DNA of 64,000 nucleotides from Clostridia bacterium (GTDB taxonomy: Bacteria; Bacillota; Clostridia; Oscillospirales; CAG-272), in contig JAFTPV010000015.1 of the NCBI GenBank assembly GCA_017463125.1, positions 20,113 through 84,112 on the forward strand, read 5' to 3'. Below the pieces are notes generated by a model. That model was not told where the DNA came from and did not search any database. It saw only the letters and a list, made by a program, of their open reading frames with translations. Position numbers and translations under genes: made by a program. Below are positions 38,374 through 45,864 of this stretch, piece by piece (positions within the stretch are counted from its first letter, which is position 1; every line of letters starts with the position of its first letter).

Positions 38374-39219
38374 ATGTATAACGATTCTTTCAGAGTAAGG
38401 TACGGTCTTGCTCCTGTTGCGATAAGTGAAAATTTTGAGCATTACGATACCGCGCCTCATATTCACAGTGAAATCGAAATCTTGTATATAAAGTCGGGCA
38501 GTGCACAGGTATTTGTTTCAGATCAAAAGATTACGGCTAATGCCGGAGATATTATCTTAGTTAATCCTATGGAGGTGCATTCCGTAATTGCAGACAGAGA
38601 TGTCCCGTATCACCAACGGTGCGTTTGTTTTGATACCTCTCTTTTGCCTGACAATGTGCTTGCTGATGAGTTGGTTTCGGGGGAGAGCTTTGCGGATAAC
38701 CTCTATAAAGCGGATTACGCTGTTACGACTGTAATATCGGAATGCTTTGAAAAATTATTTTCTGCCGTTTCAAATAATTCCGATACGCTTCTTTTTGAGA
38801 GCGCGGCATACGTTTCACTAGTCTTTGCCGCCATCAAAAAGCACGGACATATAAAGAAACGTAAACAAAAAGGACAAAAGGTGATATTTTCTAGTATGAT
38901 TCAAGGGTATTTGTCCGAGCACTTTAGCGAAGCTATAACCTCGGAGGATGCCGCACGCGAATTATTTTATACTCAAAGCTATTTTTGCCGATTGTTCCGA
39001 GAAAATTTTGGCGTTCCGTTTTTAGAGTATCTTTCTATGTACCGTATTTCCAAGGCTAAAATGATGCTTTCGGATGGAAATGCTAAAATTTCGCAGGTAG
39101 CAGAGCAGGTAGGTTTTTTAGACCATTCATATTTTTCAAGATGCTTTAAGCGATTTGTAGGTGTTTCGCCGTCAGAATACCAAAGACGTCAATATAGTGA
39201 GCCTCAAAAGTCAATATAA
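38374..39219 (+). CDS. AraC-family transcriptional regulator (N-terminal cupin, C-terminal HTH_18)
   Basis: 281 aa. Cupin-like PHIHSEIEILYIKSG...GDIILVNPMEVH. AraC HTH ...ISQVAEQVGFLDHSYFSRCFKRFVGVSPSEYQ. Confidence 0.85.
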   Translation: MYNDSFRVRYGLAPVAISENFEHYDTAPHIHSEIEILYIKSGSAQVFVSDQKITANAGDIILVNPMEVHSVIADRDVPYHQRCVCFDTSLLPDNVLADELVSGESFADNLYKADYAVTTVISECFEKLFSAVSNNSDTLLFESAAYVSLVFAAIKKHGHIKKRKQKGQKVIFSSMIQGYLSEHFSEAITSEDAARELFYTQSYFCRLFRENFGVPFLEYLSMYRISKAKMMLSDGNAKISQVAEQVGFLDHSYFSRCFKRFVGVSPSEYQRRQYSEPQKSI

Positions 39220-39223
39220 TACT

Positions 39224-39269
39224 AACTCCGCTTTTTCTTTGGTGGTATAATTAAAGAAAAAACGGAGTT
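39224..39269 (+). promoter_or_regulatory. 17-bp hairpin sequestering the RBS of the downstream gene, with an extended -10 box in its loop
   Basis: AACTCCGCTTTTTCTTT (39224-39240) pairs with AAAGAAAAAACGGAGTT (39253-39269), 16 of 17 bp. The loop is GGTGGTATAATT and contains TGgTATAAT. GGAG at 39264-39267 lies in the 3-prime arm, 7 nt before ATG 39275. Confidence 0.5.
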
Positions 39270-39274
39270 TTATT

Positions 39275-40672
39275 ATGAAAAAAATTGCAATAATTTATCC
39301 AGAAGCACCAGATAAAACTATTCGCAGAGCGGTTGATTTCCTAACCGAATTTATTCTTGATTTCACTTTGGAATATCCCCTTTGCCTCTCGGTTGAGGAA
39401 TTTTGCATATCATGCGATTATATTCCGATATATCTTGGAACAAAGGAGAATAATCCTGCTATAAGGAAGCTTTCGACAGCGCATCTCACAAGACCCGAGC
39501 AATATCACCTCTCTGTTAAGGACGGTACCGTTATAATAGAAGGGTACGACGTGTCCGGTGTTCTTTTTGGTGTTATGGATTTTTATAATAAATACCTGAT
39601 ACCGACAAAATATGCACATCCAGATATTAATAATTTTTCTATATTTGACGGAGAACTTCCTGAGTTTTCGCTCATCTCGGCCCCGGAGGTATCCGAGCGC
39701 GGTATCTGGACTTGGGGACATGTAATTTACGACTACAAGGGCTTCCTTGACAATATGGCAAGGCTTAAGCTCAACAGCCTCATAATGTGGAATGATTTTA
39801 TTCCATTTAATATTGATGAAATTATTGATTATGCACACACACTTAAGATAAAGGTGATTTTAGGCTACTCGTGGGGCTGGGACCAAAGATGTAAGGAACT
39901 TTCTCTCGACAGCCTAAACGGTAAGGGCGAGGAAATATTTAATAAGTTTGAGCAGGAATACTCGAGACTTGATTTAGACGGTATTTATTTCCAAACCATC
40001 ACCGAGCTTCAAGAAGAATATATTGAGGGAAAGCTCGTAGCCGAGGTCGTTACCGATTTCGTAAATAACACTTCTGCCTTGTTTTATAGTAAATATCCTG
40101 ATATTTTGATAGAATTTGGTCTGCACGCAACCTCGGTAAAGCATAGGCTAAATATTATAGGCCGTGTGGATAAAAGAATAAGGATAGTATGGGAGGATTT
40201 TGGGGCTATGCCATTTGCGTATCACCCTGAAGAGCTTTGTGATTATGACCAAACGCTCTCTCTTGCCAAGGCTGCAGCTACCTTACGAGGAACAGATGAT
40301 AACTACGGTGTGGTTACTAAATCACTTACCTGTCTTGATTGGTCAGAGTTCACTCACCCCAGTGCTCCGCAAAACATAGGTGTAAGCTCGGATTTTGTGA
40401 AGGAGAACCGTCTGATAAGAAAGCGCAAGGCTTGGCGCAATTCTGTTGCGGGATGGCTTGCAAACGGAGAATATGCAAAGCGGGCTATATGCGAGCTCGT
40501 AAAGGTGAAGCAGGGCGCATTTAGTGTCAACGCGCTTCTCGAGGATGGTATGCTTGAAGAAAAAATTATGTATCCGATAGCGCTGTTTTCAGAGTTGCTT
40601 TGGAACCCTGATGCAGATTATAACGTGCTCGTCAGAGAAATTGCATTAAGAGAATACGTTGAATTTGCGTAA
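39275..40672 (+). CDS. hypothetical cytoplasmic glycoside-hydrolase-like protein (N-terminal alpha/beta domain plus TIM-barrel-like domain)
   Basis: 465 aa with no signal peptide. IIEGYDVSGVLFGVMDFYNKYL resembles the N-domains of GH20/GH67/DUF4838-type enzymes. It is followed by ERGIWTWGHVIYDYKGFLDNMARLKLNSLIMWND. Assignment from memory only. Confidence 0.35.
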   Translation: MKKIAIIYPEAPDKTIRRAVDFLTEFILDFTLEYPLCLSVEEFCISCDYIPIYLGTKENNPAIRKLSTAHLTRPEQYHLSVKDGTVIIEGYDVSGVLFGVMDFYNKYLIPTKYAHPDINNFSIFDGELPEFSLISAPEVSERGIWTWGHVIYDYKGFLDNMARLKLNSLIMWNDFIPFNIDEIIDYAHTLKIKVILGYSWGWDQRCKELSLDSLNGKGEEIFNKFEQEYSRLDLDGIYFQTITELQEEYIEGKLVAEVVTDFVNNTSALFYSKYPDILIEFGLHATSVKHRLNIIGRVDKRIRIVWEDFGAMPFAYHPEELCDYDQTLSLAKAAATLRGTDDNYGVVTKSLTCLDWSEFTHPSAPQNIGVSSDFVKENRLIRKRKAWRNSVAGWLANGEYAKRAICELVKVKQGAFSVNALLEDGMLEEKIMYPIALFSELLWNPDADYNVLVREIALREYVEFA

Positions 40673-40686
40673 AGGAGTGCTGTATT

Positions 40687-41835
40687 ATGGATTTCAGAAA
40701 AGAGCTTACGGATAATATTTTACCTTTTTGGCTTAAAGGGGTAGATAGGAAGAACGGCGGAATTTTTACACAGCTTGACAGAGCCGGCAATATTTACGGA
40801 AGGGAAAAGAGTGTGTGGTTTCAAGGGCGCGCGCTGTGGACCTTTTCAAAGGCGTATAACGTCATAGATAAGAAACGGGAATATCTTGAGGCTTCGGAGA
40901 TAATATTTTCATTTCTTGATAAATGCACCGATAGTGACGGGCGTATGTATTTTACCGTAACCGAGGACGGAAGAGGATTACAGAAGAGAAGATATTATTT
41001 TTCCGAAACCTTTGCCGCAATAGGTGCTATGGAATTTTATAAAGCTACGGGCAGAGAGGACGCCTTTTTGACAGCGGAAAAGTACTTTGACGTGGCATAC
41101 GAGTGCTATACGGGAAAAAGAAAAAATCCTCCGAAAATCAATCCGGAGAACTTACAAATGAAGGCGCTTTCACCCGTTATGATAATGCTTTCAACAGCCT
41201 CGGTAATGCGTAGCGGAGGGAGAAACACCGAAAAATACGCAAGGATTGCCGCAGAGTGTGCAAATGAGATAATTCACGGTGGATTTCTTACAGAGCATGC
41301 GCTTCTCGAGTCCGTTTCATCTGACGGCGCCTTTTGCAATACTCCGAGTGGCAGGGTGGTAAATCCCGGACATTCGCTTGAGTGTGCGTGGTTCTTGATG
41401 CAGGAGGCGGAGCTTTCAAATAACAGTGAGCTTTTGGAAGGTGCGAGAAAAATAATAGATATCACCCTAAAGCTCGGTGTAGATGAAAAGCACGGTGGCA
41501 TAATTTCATTTACCGACATCCTCGGCTATCCTCCGATGGCTCTGGAGTGGGATATGAAGCTCTGGTGGCCGCAGTGTGAGGCGATGATAGCTCTGCGTCT
41601 TGCGGCGGATATATTTGGGAATAGGGAGTACATGGCGAAATACCAAGAGCTTCTGAATTATACAGAAAAATATTTCGCGGACAGGGAAATGGGTGAGTGG
41701 TACGGCTATCTTCATTATGACAATACCCCGTCGACTACTCTTAAAGGAAATATATTCAAAGGCCCCTTCCATATACCGCGCTTTTATATGATAATGGCGC
41801 TTCTCGATTCGGGAAAGAGCATTGCGGATTTTTGA
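40687..41835 (+). CDS. AGE-family epimerase/isomerase (N-acylglucosamine 2-epimerase / cellobiose 2-epimerase superfamily)
   Basis: 382 aa. ILPFWLKGVDRKNGGIFTQLDRAGN..., GHSLECAWFLM and KLWWPQCEAMIAL are (alpha/alpha)6-barrel AGE motifs. Confidence 0.8.
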   Translation: MDFRKELTDNILPFWLKGVDRKNGGIFTQLDRAGNIYGREKSVWFQGRALWTFSKAYNVIDKKREYLEASEIIFSFLDKCTDSDGRMYFTVTEDGRGLQKRRYYFSETFAAIGAMEFYKATGREDAFLTAEKYFDVAYECYTGKRKNPPKINPENLQMKALSPVMIMLSTASVMRSGGRNTEKYARIAAECANEIIHGGFLTEHALLESVSSDGAFCNTPSGRVVNPGHSLECAWFLMQEAELSNNSELLEGARKIIDITLKLGVDEKHGGIISFTDILGYPPMALEWDMKLWWPQCEAMIALRLAADIFGNREYMAKYQELLNYTEKYFADREMGEWYGYLHYDNTPSTTLKGNIFKGPFHIPRFYMIMALLDSGKSIADF

Positions 41836-41851
41836 GATTAAGGAGATAAAT

Positions 41852-42664
41852 ATGAAAATTACGTATTTAGGAACCTCGGCTGCCGAGGGATTTCCCGCAA
41901 TTTTTTGCAACTGCAAATTTTGTAATGAAGCAAGAGCGCTTGGCGGAAAGAATATAAGGACCCGCAGTCAGTCGCTTATAAACGACGATATGCTGATAGA
42001 TTTTCCCCAAGATACTTATCATCATTTTTTGACTAGCAATATTGAAGGAGATAGGATAAAGCATTTGCTTATAACTCACTCTCACTCCGACCATCTGTAC
42101 CCAGAGGATCTTGTACTTCGCTACGGTGCCTTCGCTCATAATATGAGGCAGGAGCGCTTGAATATAGTTGCAGGCGGGAATGCGTACGATATGCTTTCAA
42201 AAACGGAGCAGCACGGCATCACACTTTTGAAAATATCGCCATTTGAAACGATACAGCTCGGTGATTATCGAGTTACAGCCTTACCCGCAAGACATGCCAT
42301 CGGTACGGGAGCGTTGATTTACGTGATAGAAGGCGAAAAAAATATTCTGTATGCTCACGACACGGGATTTTTATTTGACGAGGTGTTAGAGTTTATTGCA
42401 GAAAAAAGATTTTCCTTTGATCTTATAAGTCTTGACTGTACCAATGTGGATATTCCTATTTCCGATGAGGGAAATCACATGGGGCTTCCTAATATCAGGC
42501 GACTCGTGTGCCGTCTTAATGAAATCGGAGCTGTAAGTGCATCAACAAGGATTGTGATAAATCACTTTTCACATAATGCCGCTCCGTTTTATGACTCGCT
42601 TGTAGAAGCGGTACGCAGTGACGGATTTATCGTTTCTTATGATACTATGACAATCGAGGTATAA
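41852..42664 (+). CDS. MBL-fold metallo-hydrolase, PhnP-like
   Basis: Start at ATG 41852 behind AAGGAG. HxHxDH (THSHSDH), and an N-terminal CxCxxC (FCNCKFC) as in PhnP-type phosphodiesterases. Confidence 0.7.
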   Translation: MKITYLGTSAAEGFPAIFCNCKFCNEARALGGKNIRTRSQSLINDDMLIDFPQDTYHHFLTSNIEGDRIKHLLITHSHSDHLYPEDLVLRYGAFAHNMRQERLNIVAGGNAYDMLSKTEQHGITLLKISPFETIQLGDYRVTALPARHAIGTGALIYVIEGEKNILYAHDTGFLFDEVLEFIAEKRFSFDLISLDCTNVDIPISDEGNHMGLPNIRRLVCRLNEIGAVSASTRIVINHFSHNAAPFYDSLVEAVRSDGFIVSYDTMTIEV

Positions 42665-42676
42665 AATTTTATACCT
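42657..42676. repeat. perfect 20-bp palindrome spanning both stop codons of the convergent MBL and rluA-like genes
   Basis: AGGTATAAAATTTTATACCT. TAA of the plus gene is at 42662-42664 and TAA of the minus gene is at comp(42669-42671). Confidence 0.6.
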
Positions 42677-43493
42677 TAACAGTTATGTATTCATTCGTTA
42701 CCGGGTGGCAAAATCCAATTTCTGTGCATCTTAGAAAATATCCGTTATCATCTCTTTTTCCATAGAGAAAATCACCTACAAGTGCATGCCCGATATGAGC
42801 CATGTGGACTCGTATCTGATGCGTTCTTCCTGTGTGGAGAATGATTTCGCATACGGAACATTCATCTCGTTCTTCGATAACCGTATACTCCGTGACGGCG
42901 ATCTTTCCGTCATCGGCGATAATGCGCTTTATCGAGTCGGCACTTTCGCGCCTTATAGGAGCGTTTATTATTCCGTGACGCTCCGTAAGGTGACCTTCGA
43001 CTATACAGATGTACTTCTTCTTAAAATGCGACGCCTTCATCTGCCCGGAGAGTGCCGCTGCGGTAATCTGATCCTTTGCTATTATGACGATGCCGGAGGT
43101 ATCCCTGTCAAGACGGTTTATAGCTCTGAAGACGAAATTACCGCCAAAATAATGCATCACGGCATTTGCAAGAGTGGGGAGGGAATTGCCCTTTGACGGG
43201 TGCGTTGGCATATTCGTCGGCTTGTCTACGGCAATAAGATATTCATCCTCGTAAATAACTTTAAGAGGAATATCAATAGAATCTATTTTCTCGCTTTTCT
43301 CCTCGGGGAGCAGCAGCTCTACGGTATCGCCGTTTTTTATCACTTTTCTTACCGTAACCGACTCGCCGTTGACGAAAATACCCGTGCGTTTTGCTTTTTT
43401 TATAATCGTCAGGGATAATCGTGTTTGCTTTAAGTAATCACGAAGCAACACGGGAGCGTCAAGCTCTTTTACCTCGAATTTTATCTTTTCCAA
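42669..43493 (-). CDS. RluA-family pseudouridine synthase (RluD-like, S4 domain)
   Basis: Catalytic-Asp motif NRLDRDTSGIVIIAK and GRTHQIRVHMAHIGH. The ORF-track GTG at 43532 coincides with the predicted transcription start, so TTG comp(43491-43493) behind GGGGG is preferred. Confidence 0.8.
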   Translation of the reverse strand: MEKIKFEVKELDAPVLLRDYLKQTRLSLTIIKKAKRTGIFVNGESVTVRKVIKNGDTVELLLPEEKSEKIDSIDIPLKVIYEDEYLIAVDKPTNMPTHPSKGNSLPTLANAVMHYFGGNFVFRAINRLDRDTSGIVIIAKDQITAAALSGQMKASHFKKKYICIVEGHLTERHGIINAPIRRESADSIKRIIADDGKIAVTEYTVIEERDECSVCEIILHTGRTHQIRVHMAHIGHALVGDFLYGKRDDNGYFLRCTEIGFCHPVTNEYITVKV

Positions 43494-43536
43494 ATTATAC
43501 CCCCATAAAACAAGGCAGATTTCAAATGTCACGGAT

Positions 43537-43566
43537 ATTATATCATATATATCAGTATAAAGTCAA
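43537..43566 (-). promoter_or_regulatory. sigma-A promoter for the rluA-family gene
   Basis: Minus strand reads TTGACT (comp 43561-43566), N18, TATAAT (comp 43537-43542). Confidence 0.5.
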
Positions 43567-43586
43567 GTTTTAATAATTTGTAATTC

Positions 43587-43621
43587 AAAAGATGTTCTAC
43601 CGCTTGTTGAACATCTTTTTT
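43587..43621. terminator. terminator-shaped hairpin between two divergent promoters
   Basis: AAAAGATGTTC-taccgcttgtt-GAACATCTTTT (perfect 11 bp) followed by TT. The A-run and T-run flanks make it bidirectional in form. Confidence 0.4.
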
Positions 43622-43640
43622 GAATTCTACGCTTTTGTTA

Positions 43641-43669
43641 TTGAAATATATTTGCTCTGATGTTATAAT
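43641..43669 (+). promoter_or_regulatory. sigma-A promoter for the GH42-like gene
   Basis: TTGAAA (43641-43646), N17, TATAAT (43664-43669), with TGT extended -10. Confidence 0.6.
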
Positions 43670-43700
43670 TGTTACAGTATTGTTGAGAGGTGTGGGTAAG

Positions 43701-45722
43701 GTGAAGGCTGAAATAATAGACGTAAACGGCTGTGCCGCTATCCGAATTAACGGTGAAGATCATCGCTTTGTCGGTTATCGCTCGTGGCGTCCAAATCCTG
43801 AATATATATCCGCTTTTGATAAGCTGGGCTTTAATTTTATGACCCTTTTACCGAGCGGAATAAAGAATTCACACGGAACGGCGTATTCTCCCTACGGTGA
43901 ATATTGGATAGGGGACGGAAAGTATGATTTTGACATCTTAAGACATCAGATAAACGATTTTGCCGATAATGCTCCGAATACTTATCTTGCGATTAACATT
44001 ATGCTTGACACGAGAGATTGGTTTCTTCGCGAGCATCCGGAATGCCCTAACTCGTTTATCCATCTTTCGTCTGCGATAGCGTATAAGCCCTGGCTCGAAT
44101 GTGCGGAGAGAATGCTTCGTGATACGGTAGCGTTTCTTGAGCGCGAATATTCTGACAAGGTTTTTGCGATATTCTTATCCGCAGGCGGAACATGTGAGTG
44201 GCATAATAAATCTCTCGCTTTCCCGCGTACTAAAGAAACTTTTGAGCATTACAGAGCTTGGTGCGGGGATCCGTCCGCTTTTATTCCATCAGAAGAAGAG
44301 CTTGACCGTTTATCAAACGGCAATTTGCGTGATCCTAAAAGGGAAGCCAATACAGTAAGATTTCTAGAATATTTTAACGATATAATTACCGACACACTCG
44401 CATATTTTGCCGGGGTGGTAAAGGAGCAGTCGGATGGCAGGCTTCTCGTAGGAGCTGCCGCAGGGTACATTCTTGTAGGCGAATATCCGCTTTCAGCTCA
44501 CTCGGGAGTGGCAGACGTTATGAAAATCAGAGATGTTGATATAATCGCGTGTCCTGCCTCCTATTTTCACCGTAAGCTTGACGGCGTGAGTGCTTCACAG
44601 GCGGCACTTGACTCTATAAGGCTAAATAAAAAGTTTTTAGTCCATTCGATCGATAACACGACTTATGCCGCAAACGCTAATCCTTATGCCCAGATACTTC
44701 AGTACGCCCATTGCCGCCACTCGAGTATGGAGGAATCCATAAATTACGCAAGGCGTGAAACCGCTTTCGCTATATCGAAGGGTGCAGGCTTCTGGTTCTT
44801 CGATATGTACGGAGGCTGGTATCCGGATGATGAAAGCCGCGCCGAGCTTGCGAAAATTAAAGATGCGTACGAGTTAATTTACTCAAAACCTGTAAAATAT
44901 AATTCGGAGGTTGCATTTATTGCCGATCCGAGAAGCTACATATATACCGATAAGGGTGATATGATAAAGCAGGAGAACGTACTGCAGATGATTGATACAC
45001 TCGGACGTATAGGTACGTCTGTGGATTATCTGTCCGTAAACGATCTTTTGCTTGATGATTTTGATAAAAATCAGTATAAGCTTTATATCGTTGCAAATTC
45101 ACTTGCTCCTACTGCTAAAACAAGGCAGGCAATACAGTCTCTTAAGGAAAATGGCGCAAGCTTCATCTTCCTCGGTCCGTCGGGCATTATCAGCGAGGAT
45201 AAAATAGATATTTCATTATCCGAGAGCTTTATAGGAATAAAGATTGATTTCGACAGTGGTAAGGAATATTTCACTCTTGCAGAGGCAGAGTATACAACTG
45301 ATGGCGAGCCTAAAATCTACGGCGGTACAAGGGGCGGTGCTTTTTCGCCTCTTCTCAAGGCTAACGATGAATTGGCAGAGATAATGGGCAGAGATTTCCT
45401 TAGCGGAAGCCCGAGGCTTGCAATAAAGATGCGGGGTAAGGCATTTGACGCTTGGTCGTTCAGAGGGGCACTCCCGCTATCGCTTCTTTTGACTCTTGTG
45501 AAAAGGGCGGGAGTTTTTGTTTATCAGGAGTCGGGACTCCCGACTTATGCAAACAGCCGTATGGCGGCCTTCTTTGACCATAAGGGCGGAGAGCGTACCC
45601 TTCGTTTCAGATATTCGGGTAAGATCAGAGAGGTGTACTCGGGAGAGGAATATTACACAGACGGCGAAGCGGTGAAGGTTACGTTTCTACCAAACGAATG
45701 CAAGCTTTTTATATACGAATAA
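43701..45722 (+). CDS. hypothetical cytoplasmic glycoside-hydrolase-like protein (GH42-like TIM barrel plus trimerisation-like domain)
   Basis: About 673 aa from GTG 43701 (RBS AGGTG). The ORF-track ATG at 43620 lies upstream of the promoter. The KLYIVANSLAPTAKTRQAIQSLKENGASFIFLGPSG segment resembles the GH42 middle domain. The family is not firmly recognised. Confidence 0.35.
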   Translation: MKAEIIDVNGCAAIRINGEDHRFVGYRSWRPNPEYISAFDKLGFNFMTLLPSGIKNSHGTAYSPYGEYWIGDGKYDFDILRHQINDFADNAPNTYLAINIMLDTRDWFLREHPECPNSFIHLSSAIAYKPWLECAERMLRDTVAFLEREYSDKVFAIFLSAGGTCEWHNKSLAFPRTKETFEHYRAWCGDPSAFIPSEEELDRLSNGNLRDPKREANTVRFLEYFNDIITDTLAYFAGVVKEQSDGRLLVGAAAGYILVGEYPLSAHSGVADVMKIRDVDIIACPASYFHRKLDGVSASQAALDSIRLNKKFLVHSIDNTTYAANANPYAQILQYAHCRHSSMEESINYARRETAFAISKGAGFWFFDMYGGWYPDDESRAELAKIKDAYELIYSKPVKYNSEVAFIADPRSYIYTDKGDMIKQENVLQMIDTLGRIGTSVDYLSVNDLLLDDFDKNQYKLYIVANSLAPTAKTRQAIQSLKENGASFIFLGPSGIISEDKIDISLSESFIGIKIDFDSGKEYFTLAEAEYTTDGEPKIYGGTRGGAFSPLLKANDELAEIMGRDFLSGSPRLAIKMRGKAFDAWSFRGALPLSLLLTLVKRAGVFVYQESGLPTYANSRMAAFFDHKGGERTLRFRYSGKIREVYSGEEYYTDGEAVKVTFLPNECKLFIYE

Positions 45723-45727
45723 TAAGG

Positions 45728-45766
45728 AAACACGGAAACTGTCCTTCGGCATTTTCCGTGTTTTTG
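45728..45766 (+). terminator. intrinsic terminator after the GH42-like gene
   Basis: AAACACGGAAA-(14 nt)-TTTCCGTGTTT followed by TTGTTT. Confidence 0.7.
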
Positions 45767-45805
45767 TTTCTGTTTTTAGGGCATACATCTTGTGTCTATT
45801 TTTTC

Positions 45806-45834
45806 TTGACAAACTATATTTCGTGTGTTATAAT
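45806..45834 (+). promoter_or_regulatory. consensus sigma-A promoter for the topoisomerase B-subunit gene
   Basis: TTGACA (45806-45811), N17, TATAAT (45829-45834), with TGT extended -10. Confidence 0.6.
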
Positions 45835-45864
45835 ATAAAATGGAAAAAAATTGGAGGGATAAAA

